In this document: positions 1-12,266 of the stretch, piece after piece | Layout of the letters: every line of letters begins with the position of its first letter | Position numbering within the stretch: position 1 is the first letter of the stretch | DNA from: Octopus sinensis | Taxonomy: Eukaryota | DNA: 64,000 nt | Reading direction: 5' to 3' | Assembly (NCBI RefSeq): GCF_006345805.1 | Contig: NC_042998.1 | Location: forward strand, 175,708,001 to 175,772,000 | The notes under the pieces: generated by a model | The model's database searches: none | What the model saw: only the letters and a program-made list of their open reading frames with translations | Told to the model about the DNA's origin: nothing | Translations under genes and position numbers: made by a program

Positions 1-59
1 TATGGCCACTCCTGCACTTATATAATATAATATAATATAATATATATATATGTATCATC

Positions 60-455
60 ATTATCATCAATATCTCTTAACTGATGCAACTGGTTGGTGG
101 TATGTCACTCTCGACACTTTCATGGTCAGCCATCGTCTCTGATCTTTGGTCTCTCTTCTCCATCATGCATTCCAGGCTTGCTGTGTTGTTACCAACGTTG
201 TCAAACCAGGACTTTCTATGTCCACCTGTCTTTCACCATCTCTTAACTGTGCTCTGAAGAATGGTTTGGACAGGGAATTGTGCCAGAATACATGATCGTA
301 CCAGAGATGCTTGCGTCTTTTTACCTGCTCAAGGAGTGGTTCCTGTCTGCCAGCTGCCTGACAAAGCTGTTTGTTTTACATTCTGAGTAGCAGTCTTCTG
401 AAACACTCGCACTCAAATGCCTGGATTCTTCATGCCATGTCAGTTGTAAGAGTGT
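60..455 (-). mobile_element. RTE-clade LINE, decayed 3' end
   Basis: Minus-strand conceptual translation with stops (...QTILQSTVKRW*KTGGHRKSWFDNVGNNTASL...) follows the RTE/BovB C-terminal pattern (KTILQGTLEGGRRRGRQRKCWMDNI); ends in a TGA-rich tail near 55-70. Confidence 0.6.
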
Positions 456-676
456 GTAGTGTGAGTTGTCACTAATTTAAAGTATGAAAGTGTTCCTGAA
501 AAAGTCCATTAAATGTGCTTTTTTTTTTGTGAAGCATGTTTAAATGAATATCAGAGGACAGTTTTTAAACAAAACATTATAATTTTATTAAAATAGAAAT
601 GGGAGCTGACAAGTAGCAAGATGTGTGGTAGACTGTATGTGTATGTGAGTCAGGTAAAGCATTATAACTTACTTTA

Positions 677-1034
677 TGGCAGGTTTGGTAGCCTTCAACT
701 AACACTATCTCCTACGAGACCCTGTGGCACAAGTTGACCAAAATTGAGAGTATGATAGAAGAAGGCTTGCTCTTCATTCTGTAGAAGATAAAATTCAAAT
801 CGGACCATGTTAACACCAAAAATTATTTACATCAAAAAGGTGCCTTTTTTCTATGAAAATCCCTATTTTTTTACGAATTTTTGACTGCTGTGTCGCCATT
901 TTTCGGTGTATTTCAACCAGAAAAATGTTCACTTAAAGAGAATAACAAGGTACATATTGCACAATTTTTACTTTTCAAAAATTCCAATTCTAAAAGGTAG
1001 AAACAAACCCGAGCAACGCCGGGCGATACTGCTA
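677..1034 (+). mobile_element. Non-autonomous Helitron (5' end eroded)
   Basis: 3' hairpin CCCGAGCAACGCCGGG followed by CGATACTGCTAT (CTAG-like); shares both GGTAGCCTTCAACTAACACTA and the 3' end with the minus copy at 1823-1945. Confidence 0.6.
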
Positions 1035-1045
1035 TTAAAATAATA

Positions 1046-1691
1046 AAAGCGCCCTTTTAAAGCCTAGCCAGGCTCATGGGCCCGGTTTCCCGGTTTCAAT
1101 GGCGTATGTGTTCCCCAGGTGGACGGGACGCCAGTCCATCACATCGTTACTCATTTGTGCCAGCTGAATGGACTGGAGCAACGTGAAATGAAGTGTTTTG
1201 CTCAAGAATACAACGCGTCGCCCGGTCCAGGAATCGAAACCACAATCTTACGATCATGATGCTGACACACTATATAGGAAGCACTCCGTCGGTTACGACG
1301 ACGAGGGTTCCGGTTGATCCGATCAACGGAACAGCCTGCTCGTGAAATTAACGTGTAAGTGGTTGAGCACTCCACAGACACGTGTACCCTTAACGTAGTT
1401 CTCGGGGATATTCAGCGTGACACAGAGAGTGATAAGGCCGGCCCTTTGAAATACAGGTACAACAGAAACAGAAAGAAAGAGTGAGAGAAAGTTGTGGTGA
1501 AAGAGTACAGCAGGGATCACCACCACCCCCTGCTGGAGCCTCGTGGAGCTTTAGGTGTTTTCGCTCAATAAACACTCACAACGCCCTGTCTGGGAATCGA
1601 AACCGCGATCCTACGACCGCGAGTCCGCTGCCCTAACCACTGGGCCATTGCGCCTCCTGCTGATACACTAACCACTAAGCCACGCGCCTCC
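1046..1691 (-). mobile_element. tRNA-derived SINE with V-domain-like core (family D here), split by a nested SINE
   Basis: Head GGAGGCGCGTGGCTTAGTGGTTAG (1658-1691) continues at 1272 into a B box GGTTTCGATTCC; core GATGGACTGGCGTCCCGTCC resembles the V-SINE domain; GCTGA(C/T)ACACTA is duplicated at 1261-1272 and 1659-1670. Confidence 0.75.
1275..1657 (-). mobile_element. tRNA(Arg)-like SINE (family C here; resembles octopus OR-type SINEs)
   Basis: A box TGGCCCAGTGGTTAG, anticodon-like loop CTCGCGG, B box GGTTTCGATTCCC; flanked by a ~12-bp TSD inside the family D head. Confidence 0.8.
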
Positions 1692-1822
1692 ACAGTTTTA
1701 TTATAAGTAACACATTATTGTGACAAGTAGGATTTTCCTCATCCGGTATCCTAAACTGAGCTCAGTCACCGATCCATAATACGGCTACGTTAGGGCAATT
1801 TTCTGACACATTTAAAAATATA

Positions 1823-1945
1823 CTAGCAATATCGCCCGGCGTTGCTCGGGTTTGTTTCGACCCTTTAGAATTGGAATTTATAGTGTTAGTTGAAGGCTGC
1901 CAAACCTACCATATACAGACAACTTCAGCTTTATATATAGAAAGA
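1823..1945 (-). mobile_element. 123-bp mini-Helitron
   Basis: Minus strand starts A|TCTTTCTATATATAAAG, ends CCCGAGCAACGCCGGG hairpin plus ATTGCTAG|T; inserted between A and T with no TSD. Confidence 0.7.
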
Positions 1946-2582
1946 TTTAAAAAAAAAAGCATCTTATACGCCGGTTAATACTGTGTGTACGTGCGCGCGT
2001 GTACGTACATACATAATACATACATACACATGCACACATACATAGATACATACACACTTTCACACATACATACATACATACATACATACATACACATACA
2101 TACATACATACCTTCATACATGCACCTCAGTAATGGGTAATTGGTCCCAAGACATGCGACTTAACTCGAAAAACGACGTAATATGAAGAATTTTTTTAAA
2201 ATCTTTATTTGCGTTTTGCTGTTTTAATAACTTCTTTGCACACATGTTCATTTGTATTTTCTTTGATTTTTTTTCCACTTCAAAAGTAGTTTTATGGCAT
2301 TTTGTAAATAATTTTTATGCTTTTAAAGATATTCGTTGAAACCGATGTAAAGTGAGATAAATCGACTGATGTTGAGGTTCATATTTCCATTAATTTCTCA
2401 AAAATAAGGTCGAAAAAGACGTAACTCGAAATGACGTAAGTTGAGGTATATCTGTATATTTTTGTGATCTCTGTCTGTCTCTCTCTCCCGTTCTCTCTCT
2501 ATATATGTATATACACACTCATACACACGTATATACACGTACACGTATATAAATATATAATGTGCATGTGCGTATATGCATT

Positions 2583-2809
2583 CTTTTATTCTTTTACTTG
2601 TTTCAGTCATTTGACTGTGGCCATGCTGGAGCACCGCTTTTAATCGAGCTAATCAACTCCAGGACTTATTCTTTGTAAGCCTAGTACTTATTCTATCGGT
2701 CACTTTTGCCGAACCGCTAAGTAACGAGGACAACAGCATCGATTGTCAAGCGATGTTAGGAAGAACAAATATAGACACACAAAAAAACATACACACATAC
2801 ATACATAAT

Positions 2810-2875
<66 letters not shown>

Positions 2876-4195
2876 CATATAAATAAATAAATTATATACA
2901 TATTGCTATGAATGGTTCAGTCTAAGGACAGTTGGCAGTGACCTACTTTTGGGATAAACCCATTGTCCTGTCAGATTCAGGTGGATTGATCGGTTCTGGG
3001 TAAATCTGCGACCCCTTTCGGGTGAATTAGAGGTCGTTCTAAACACCCCTTGAAGAAGAGGAAGAGGAAAGAAGTGAGAAAGATAGAGTAAGGAATCTGA
3101 GAGCAGATAGCGAGGATATTGGCAGTGAGAGAGGATGAGGGGCAGAGGGGGACAGGCAGAGAGTATGGCAGAGCTAAGAGAGAGAGTATAAGGCTAAGAG
3201 ACAGATTGAGGATAGAGATAGGCAGTTAGGGCTGAGAGCAGATAGAGAGGGTATAAGCAGTAGAGAGATTAGGGTAGTGATAGAGGGACAGTTGGTATTC
3301 GGTCGTCAAAGAGGATAGTCGGATTTTGGTCGTCAAAGGGAGTAGTTGGAACCTTGGGAGCAAGCGGTTGGATTCAGGAGCTTGGCAAGCTGGAGTTAGC
3401 AGTATTGAGAGAGAGATGAGGTGCAATATGGGACACTGGCAATTCTAATTAGGAATTAAGGTACGTGAATTGTGTGTTGATATGTGAAAAAAAGAAGGAA
3501 AAAGAATTGGTGTATTGAACAGTGAAAAAAACAGTAAAGGACTTGTTGATGTGTCGATTATCGAGTTGTGGTATTTATGTTCAGAATTGTGTTGATACAT
3601 ATTACAAAAGAAAGTAGAAAAAGACTTTAAAGAACTGTGAACGTTATCTGTTGATGTAATTTGAAAAAGAACTGTGTCTTCGGACGTGTACCTTTGAAAT
3701 GCTGTATATGACTTGTTGTGTCGTTACCGGACTGTTATATTGTTACTTGCATGTTTAAATGCTTTGATCTGTTGTATACCTGTATTGATTTGTTGTTTCC
3801 TTTAAATGCTTTGATGTTGTAACAATTGATTGTCATATAAACTAGTTGTTAAATGTAAGCCAGTTGTTGCCGTTTTGCCTCTTTGCCTCTCTCTCGGTTG
3901 CCTCTGTATCTCTCCGTGCTGCTGCTGCTGTTGTTGTTGTATCTCTCTCTCTCTCCTCTCTCCTCTTTGGGTTCCGTGGCGAACTTGCCCGTTCGGGCGA
4001 GCGGCGACGACGGGTGATTCCGTAACAATATATACACACGATGGGCTTCTTTCAGTTTCCGTATACCAAATCACAAGGCTTTGCTCGGCCCGAGGCTACA
4101 GTAGAAGACACTAGCCCAAGGTGTCACGCACTGGGACTGAACCCGGGACCATGTGGTTCGTAAGCAAGCTACTTACCACACAGCCACTCCTGTAT
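2583..4195 (-). mobile_element. tRNA-derived SINE with internal (CA)n/(TA)n tract (family B here), split by a solo LTR
   Basis: Head GGAGTGGCTGTGTGGTAAG...GGTTCAGTCCC at 4030-4195; tail ...GACTGAAACAAGTAAAAGAATAAAAG at 2583-2625; the same family recurs about 10 times in the window. Confidence 0.8.
2904..4027. mobile_element. Solo LTR (TG...CA, 4-bp TSD)
   Basis: 1124-bp insert starting TGCTATG and ending CGTAACA, flanked by ATAT at 2900-2903 and 4028-4031; removing it restores a continuous family B SINE. The TSD lies in an AT-rich tract, so it is weak evidence alone. Confidence 0.6.
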
Positions 4196-4224
4196 ATGTA
4201 CATGTAAATAATAATCCTCTCTTA

Positions 4225-5010
4225 GGCACCGGGTTTCAGATTTCAGTGAAGGAGGCTGGTCGATTACATCGACCCAGTGCTCCACTGGTACTTATTCTAT
4301 TGACCCCGAAAGGATGAAACGCAAAGTCAACCGCGGTGGGAAAATTGTCTATATGTTGGTTTCAAATTTTGACACAAGGCCACCAATTTCGAGGGAAGGG
4401 GCGAGCGGCGACGACGGGTGATTCCGTAACAATATATACACACGATGGGCTTCTTTCAGTTTCCGTATACCAAATCACAAGGCTTTGCTCGGCCCGAGGC
4501 TACAGTAGAAGACACTAGCCCAAGGTGTCACGCACTGGGACTGAACCCGGGACCATGTGGTTCGTAAGCAAGCTACTTACCACACAGCCACAGTTTAGTT
4601 AATTACATCGACCCGTGCTCAACTGGTACTTTCTTCGTCGACCCCGAAAGAGATGAAAGGTAAAGTGGACCTCGGTGGAATTTGAACTTAAAACATAAGA
4701 ACGGACGAAATGCATATTTCTTTATTACCCACAAGGGGATAAACATAGAAGGGACAAACAAGGACATACATAGGTATTAAGTCGATTACATCGACCCCAG
4801 TGCGTAACTGGTACTTAATTTATCGACCCCGAAAGGATGAAAGGTAAAGTCGACCTCGGCGGAATTTGAACTCACAACGTAACGACAGATGAAATACCGC
4901 TAAGCATTTCGCCCGACGTGCTAACGTTTCTACCAGCTCTCCGCCTTAGCGGACGAAATGCCGCTAAGCATTTTACCCAACGTGCGAACGATTCTGACAG
5001 CTCGCCGCCT
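4225..5010 (-). mobile_element. Cluster of family A SINEs, including a young copy (4714-4949) nested in an older one
   Basis: Head GGCGGAGAGCTGGTAGAAACGTTAG...GTTCAAATTCC, core GTCGACTTTACCTTTCATCCTTTCGGGGTCGATAAATTAAGTACCAG (similar from memory to the Meta/MESC-type SINE core); TSD CGGACGAAATGC at 4702-4713 and 4950-4961. Confidence 0.8.
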
Positions 5011-5087
5011 TAAATTATCTATATATTGAGATGTGTTTATTATTACAAGAGCGAAATCTTTGTTAAACATCTCCCATTTACACAAAC

Positions 5088-5589
5088 TGTTGTGAATGCG
5101 TAGAGTCACGTGGATGCTTTGTTACCGTTGTTGTGGGGTTAGCTGACCACATGCATAATAAATGAATCTACTCACGAACTTTTAACTTTTATATATTTAT
5201 TGTTGGACATGTTTTAGTGCGTTGGATGTTTACAAAAGAAAGATGTCAATAACGTAACCACTGAATAGGTGGAGAGGACCTCGCTGTGTTTATAGAAGGC
5301 TAGCTGTGGAACATTGTGTGTGTGTTCGAGGTTGTCTCTTGCTCGAGGTGGTTGTTCGAATGTTCGAGACCGTCTGGCCTTAGTGGTCTGCCGAAGCCGT
5401 CCGGCTGAGTTAGGTGTCAAAACGGTTTTCATAGGGTGAAAAGGGGGCGAGTTTTAGATAATCGAAGGAATCATGTCACACCACAGCTTCACGCCGATTG
5501 GTAGATTTATAGATCAATCACATGAAACTGCGGTCGCTCACTTGCGATCCCTAACTGAATATCTTTGAGTTGGGGTTCGAATCCCTACA
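5088..5589 (-). mobile_element. LTR-like dispersed repeat, copy 1
   Basis: TG...CA termini; 5300-5589 aligns in reverse to 15885-16165 (AAGATATTCAGTTA(G/A)GGAT, CAGTTTCA(T/C)GTGATTGATCTATAAATC) from the same start; no matching TSD. Confidence 0.45.
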
Positions 5590-5629
5590 ATATTATCCTG
5601 TACCTCGAGAAGATGACCCCTAGTACAAA

Positions 5630-6400
5630 CAATTATATGAAATGTTTTCAATATGGAGTTGAAATTGTTCTTGCTAGGGACTTCAAATTAGTCATTGATG
5701 TAGAGAAATAAACCCAAGGGCAGCGCCGTCATTGATTCAATGAAGCAAACTGCAATAAGGTTGCTTGACTGTGAGTGATTAGACTCATTGAAAAGTTTCG
5801 GGTTATCAACGTCAAAAAGATACGTGATCAGTGACACTTATCAGGCCGCTTATCTGTATACACAGAGAAGACGGATATCACATTGAAATTTCCCATACTC
5901 TGAGAACAAAAACTGTGTCAGGTATAGATTTTGACTTTATGCCTCGTAATGACTACTGCAGACACTTGCAAGAATGTTACAATTTATTCCATAAGTATGG
6001 TGTCGATATGTATACTAAAGTTGAGACTGAAATGTTATTAAACACTAAAACGCCGAAAAAAGATTGCATGTGGACTCGTATATTTATCTAAGAGATATTT
6101 ATCAACAGAGATGGAGCCAACTGATCTAGTCATCTGTATTTGCTTCCAGTCAATTTCTCAGGAAGTCCAAGATACATGCTTGAATTTTCTGAGCAGGTCA
6201 GGATCTATGTCAGAACCTACGGAAAGACAGATCGCATCTTCATTTTCATCTGCAATTCTATTTGGAAATAGGGGAGTGAATATCTCGGCTCATGAATCTA
6301 TTAAGAACCGACAAAATTTGTTAGTCAGAGGTTCTTTTGACAAACGCTCATCAAAATGTAGCACCTTTAAACAAAATATAACATCTTTAGTACTACAAAG
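5630..6400 (+). pseudogene. Helitron Rep (Helitron_like_N) domain remnant
   Basis: Frameshifted translation gives EDGYHIEI...KTVSGIDF...YNLFHKYGVDMYTKVETE and LPVNFSGSPRYMLEFSEQVRIYVRTYGKTDRIFIFICNSIW, matching Helitron Rep motifs EDGYH, LFHQYIVDMYAKIESE and LPSSFTGSPRYM...YVRTYGRPDLFITFTCN. Confidence 0.8.
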
Positions 6401-8387
6401 TGTGTTATGTACACTATAGAGTAACAGAAAAGTGGCCTTCTTTCATATATTTTCATTTAGCTTAAGAAAACAAAGTTCAGTGCTGTCAAAATCAATATTA
6501 CTGAATCAATATTACCGACCAAACTCTTTTTGATACACCAAAAGATCGGTGGTACTAGGGTAATGAAGGCTCCTTAATCTGAAATTTACTCGTATGTAAA
6601 ACAATAAATGCGTTAAAAGTATCCCCTAAAATTGATAAAAGAAATTAAAACTGGTGTATATCCACTTTATAGAAGAATAGACCCAAAGATTTGTCGCTAA
6701 GATAGAAATGATTTGATTGACGATGATGGTTTGTAGTATATTACCCGCTTTTTGCACACATTAACATTGAATTGTGTTACTCAGTCCAAGCAATAGCAAA
6801 CATACACGATATATATTTCTTTATTGCCCACAGGGGGCTAAACACAGAGGGTATATAGTGACTCAATTCCTGTTGGGAAGGTACATTAGCTACAATGAAG
6901 CATTCTAGCGTGTAGTTTTGGATTTCAAATTCTTGAACGGCACTTTTGTCATTCAAAGCAAAATCCAATATACCACTATTAACAACTTCTATAGCCACTA
7001 AAAATACTGCAGCTAACCATCCTCTACAACAAAGTCCAAACCATTTCCTAATGTCCACCTGGAAAATGTTCTTTCCTGAAAAGAATCAACAGACACTGGC
7101 TTCAAAAAGTATAACCCCCGTCTGCTTCCTTTAATCTTTGCCAGGAAAATTACTTTGCATGTACACTATTTCATTCCGAAGTTATATATTTTCTGCACAC
7201 AAATTAAAAGAAAATGAAGTATATATTAAGCAAAGCAGCTAATTAAAAAATCTCTATAAGACATGGAAGTAGTAATGTTTGTCGCCACTTCAACATGGCC
7301 GTTCCGTCGGAACCGACATTACTACCGTTTTTAACCTCCAGGAGGATGTAATGAATCTTGCATGCATGAAGTGGATTCGATCCACTATAGCCAAATTTAA
7401 ATTAACGCTGCAACAGGACTGTTCCCATGGTGGAACAATGGTTTTTCTCTGACAGCAGTTTTACATTTTCCAGATGCCTTTAGCTAGGCCGAAATAATGT
7501 CTTCACTACTTGACCCTTTCTAACCTCTTCTACTTCACCAAAAGCTAGAATAAAGATAACAAGACCACCAACTAAATCTATTGTTCCCAATGATATATCT
7601 ATCCTTCTGGATGGTTATATAAGCAAGCACATCCCAAGCAAAAATCAGTTCGTCACAGTCGTGACGACTCGACGAAGTTTGGCTGACCAGCTTGAACCTT
7701 GGTCAGAGGGAGAAAGCAACTGTGAGACAACACGCTGCAATTTTCTTTAGCTCTAATTCTGTTCTCTTGCAACATCATTCTCTCTGTCTCAGCAATTACT
7801 ACTAAACAATGAAGAGAACCCAAACACAAACTATACTTCGCATGCATTTGGATGTATCAAAACTTGCCCGTTGAGGCAAGGATATTGTAACGTAACGGTA
7901 AATAAATACTTTCTTAAAACTTTATGCATTGTTCATCTTACACATCTTACAACATGCAATTATAACAACAACTTTTTATCGTTGCATCTGCTGACTCCGA
8001 TACATCATAATATTGTTTATAAATAAATTTTGTAAATCATAATATTGTTTACAAATAAATTTCTACCGTTACAAAGACGTCTCTTCCAAAAGTGAAAGCC
8101 TATCATCTTCTAGCGACGACGGGACCACCATCGATGACCAGCTGGAGGAGGCGTCTCCTGGAGCTAAAAACGGTAGTAACGTTGGTTCCTACGGAATAGC
8201 CACATTGAAGTGGTGATGAACATTACTTCTCAGTATAGTTACTATAGTTACTACTTTCATCTCTTATAGAAATTTTCTGTCTAGCTACTTTACTTGTTGC
8301 AAGATCAGTGACTGTCCGTCTTTTATTTTTCTATATATTGCGAGCTGGAGCGTACTACTGCTATCTCAAGCAGGTAGGTGTCCACCA

Positions 8388-8429
8388 CTAAGGATGAGCT
8401 CAAATAGCTCGAAACCAGACTGTCTGGTT
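8388..8429 (+). ncRNA. Degenerate hammerhead-like motif (G5A)
   Basis: CTAAGGA-T-GAGC-TCAAATA-GCTC-GAA-ACCAGA-CTG-TCTGGT-T: stems II and III are perfect, the core is one substitution from CUGAGGA, stem I is not recoverable. Confidence 0.45.
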
Positions 8430-9159
8430 GTCCCGTAGTCGTTAGAAGATGGTAGGAGTTCGCTCCTCTGCTATCAATATATATCGGATGCAGAGTGCAT
8501 CGATAACGAGCTTGGAAGAGACGCCCTCCTGGGATTAAAAACAGTAGTAACATCGGTTCCTGCGGAACAGCCACGCTGAAGTGGCGATGAACATTACTCC
8601 GAAGTGTATAGTCATAAAGGGTAAATAAAAAGAAAAATCCAGCTTTGTAAATGATCTCTTTGTATTTTTAAACATCTACTCTTGACAAGAGTCTATGCTC
8701 TTTATTCAATTCAGTAAGAGTATTTTTACCTTTGTATATTGTTCCAGGATATCAGAAGCTCAATATCCTTCAATTATTTGCAAGCAGATCAGGGTTAGTT
8801 GTGTAACGTATGTAACTCAAAATTTGCCTAATTCCATGGTTAAATTTAAACCTTTAACGATTTTTTTCCTTTTTACTTTCGTTCATCCAAAATAGATGTT
8901 AATTATATTCCGTGCTTGGTATTTTAAAAGTTCTCCTTTTTAATTCTGTGGTTCTATTGATTAAAAATAAATATTCATCAGATATTTTTTAACGTTACTA
9001 TGGTTTTTTTTTCTTTTAAAATATTTCTGCATTAATAAGATGAAAATGGCTGATGTAAACAACTGTAACTTCTGAAAATAACACGATAAAACGTATAAAC
9101 AGGAGGTTAACCGTAAGGTCAATAACCTTAATAAATATGTATGCGCAAGTGTATATATA

Positions 9160-9552
<393 letters not shown>

Positions 9553-9554
9553 CA

Positions 9555-10818
9555 CGAGGGGTGTATGAAAAGTTTTGAGCCTAACCTAGAAACGGGGCTG
9601 GTAGGTAGCTGAAACAACTTTTTCTGATAATTACAGTCTTTTCGGAGTATTTTTGCTCATTTTCATGATTCTGATATTTAAAATTTTTGTTGTTGCAGAT
9701 TTTTGAATAAACAAGTGTCGAGGTTACAAGGAAACTGGAGAAAACTGAGTATCGTGCTGTCATAAAGTGCCTTCATTTGAAAGGCATGACTCCATCAGAA
9801 ATCTATAAAGATATGGTGAGAACCTTAATAGACAATGCTCCTTTATATGCAACAGTCAAACGCTGGGTAAATGAATTCCAGTGTGGCAGTGAGAGTGTGG
9901 AAGATGATCCCACACCAGGGAGACTTCAAACTGCAACCATCGAGGACAACGTTGACTTTGCTCTTGGTATGATAATGCAAGATTGTTGAATATCATGTCA
10001 TCAGATAGCCGATAGACTGGGCATCTCAACTGAAAGAGCAGACATTATGACAAAAGGACTTGGGTTCTCAAATGTTTCTGCAAGGTGAGTCCCTCGCCTT
10101 TTTACTCCTGAACAAAAACGCACCATGAGCAATCTAGAACTGTTTGAAGGCGATGAAGAGAATTTTCTTGCTCGTTTCATTACTATGGATGAAAGTTGGG
10201 TTCATCACTACCAGCCTGAAACCAAAGAACAATCAAAGCAGTGAAAGCACACATCTTCTCCTACCCCAAAGAAGGCCAGGGTCATTTCTTCAGCTGGAAA
10301 GGTCATGGCGCCAGTTTTTTTTTTATTCTCAAGGTGTCATGCTGATCGATTACCTTGAAAAGGGTCACACCATGACAGGGCTGTATTATTCTCAGCTACT
10401 GAAATGCTCCCAAGAAGCCAAAAAAAAAAAAAAAAAGCCAGAAATGCTCACCAGAGGAGTCCTTTTTCATCACGACAATACTCCAGCCCACACCCCAGTG
10501 GTTCCCATGGCAACAATTCGTGATTGTGGATACGAACTTATTCCCCATCCACCTTACTCGCCAGACTTAGGCCCCCTCTGACTTTCATCTATTTCCAGAA
10601 ATGAAAAAACGCCATTTTGCCAGTGACAACGACGTCATAGACGCCGTAGAAAGTTTCTTGGAATCTCAAACAAAAGAGTTCCTCTACGCTGGGATATTGG
10701 CACTTCAGCACCACTGGAGAAAGTGTTCTGCCATCGAGGGGGACCATGTTGAAAAATAAATCATCAGAAGCCTTGTACTATTTTTTTTTTTGAGGCTCAA
10801 GACTTTTCATACATCCCT

Positions 10819-10820
<2 letters not shown>
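9555..10820 (+). mobile_element. Full-length decayed mariner (DD34D, irritans/Hsmar2-like)
   Basis: TIRs CGAGGGGTGTATGAAAAGTTTTGAGCCT / AGGCTCAAGACTTTTCATACATCCCTTG then TA; transposase motifs EYRAVIKCL, ITMDESWVHHYQPETK, HDNTPAH...HPPYSPDLGPSD give 34 residues between the last two Asp after one frameshift. Confidence 0.92.
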
Positions 10821-10886
<66 letters not shown>

Positions 10887-10892
10887 TATATA

Positions 10893-11750
10893 CGTGGTCT
10901 GATTAATAAGTATCCGGACTGTTGCCATAGTAACGGAGCTAAAGTATGCACAGTAAAGCCGCTTAGCACAGATTGACGTTGAACTCTACTTTGCATGCGC
11001 ACGAAGTTTTATCGTTCTAGCTGACTTCCGCTATTTACAGCAGTGCCTGGAAGGAAGGTGTGTAGCGTGTGATCGTCGCATTGATCATGAAAGAGAAAGT
11101 AGTCATGACGATACTTGCTCAGAGGTCTACGCAAAGGTGCAGAAATTGTATGGAAAATAGTGTATGAGCCGCACACAGGTGTACGACTGGTTCACACGTT
11201 TTCAAGATGGCCAAAAAAAAAGTCGATATTGACGAACGTTCTGGGAGACCCGCAACCAACAGAACTGAGAAAAACATCGCAGATGCGCGTGCAACTGTGA
11301 GGGGAAATCGTCGAATCACCATCCGTGAGTTATCAGAGGATGTGCCGATTAGTTACGGTTCAGTTCAGTCCATTATCACTGAAGATTTGGGCATGAGACG
11401 TGTATCTGCCAAGTTTGTCCCAAAACAGCTTTCAGCTGCACAAAATCTCGTTGATTGTTTCGAGAATGATGAAAACTTTTTTAAAATTTGCGTAAGCCTC
11501 TGAGTATGTATCGCCAAACATTTGGCAAAATTTGATGCAGATTCTCTGCTCAGCTTTTTGTGTCATGGTCAATGCGACGATCATACGCTACATACCTTCC
11601 TTCTAAGCACTGCTGTAAACAGCGAAAGTGTGCTAGAACGTTAAAACTCAGTGCGCATGCACAGCAGATGTAAAGGTCAATCTGTGCCAAGCGGCTTCAC
11701 TCTGAATGCTTTAGCTTCGTTACTATAGAAACAGTCCGAACACTGTTCAA
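10893..11750 (+). mobile_element. Two-headed non-autonomous mariner derivative, copy 1
   Basis: Long inverted arms carrying the 5' end and transposase start on both sides; HTH fragment DERSGRPATNRTEKNI...RRITIRELSEDV...EDLGMRRVSAKFVPK; right terminal ~15 bp eroded. Confidence 0.8.
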
Positions 11751-11755
11751 TAGGT

Positions 11756-11950
11756 ACATTAAACTGCCTCTAATCCGGCAAAATCAGTAATCCGGCACTA
11801 ATTTTGGCTGGAAAAATTTCAAATAATTTCAAATTCCCTGGGTCACCGAACCAACCGGCTGCTACGATTTTTATTCACTTCCCTTGCTTTCAGCTCGTGT
11901 CAATGTGGTAAATAATGTAGTTTTTCGAGTCATTCGCCGTCTATTTCTAG
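11756..11950. mobile_element. Probable pogo/Tigger-like MITE fragment
   Basis: Subterminal repeat CTAATCCGGCA...GTAATCCGGCA, typical of pogo-type ends; other end not seen. Confidence 0.3.
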
Positions 11951-12052
11951 CATGTAGTGCTACTCATTAGTGCCCTTATTATAATTATATATTTTGTATA
12001 TGTATATATGTGTACGTATGTATGTATGTATGTATGTATGTATGTATGTATG

Positions 12053-12148
<96 letters not shown>

Positions 12149-12175
12149 CAAGTAACAAGGATGTCTAGGTGTCAA

Positions 12176-12266
12176 TGCATTACGGCCGTTTCAAGCGGTT
12201 CCATTTAATCGATCAATGAAAATATTACATCAATTTGAAAGAAAAAAACCCTTGTCTTCAGAAGTG
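12176..12266 (-). ncRNA. Hammerhead-like motif with long stem II loop
   Basis: Minus: CACTT-CTGAAGA-C-AAGGGTT...AACCGCTT-GAA-ACGGCCGT-A-ATGCA; canonical core, 7-bp bulged stem II base, 8-nt palindromic stem III, weak stem I. Confidence 0.5.

Noticed and set aside
1275-1657. tRNA genes at the SINE heads
   Set aside because: A and B boxes are present, but each continues into a family-specific SINE body, with no complete acceptor stem visible.
6777-7134. 93-aa and 62-aa ORFs as a possible host exon
   Set aside because: No recognisable domain; the 3' part of the minus ORF runs into a SINE tail fragment; no partner exons found.
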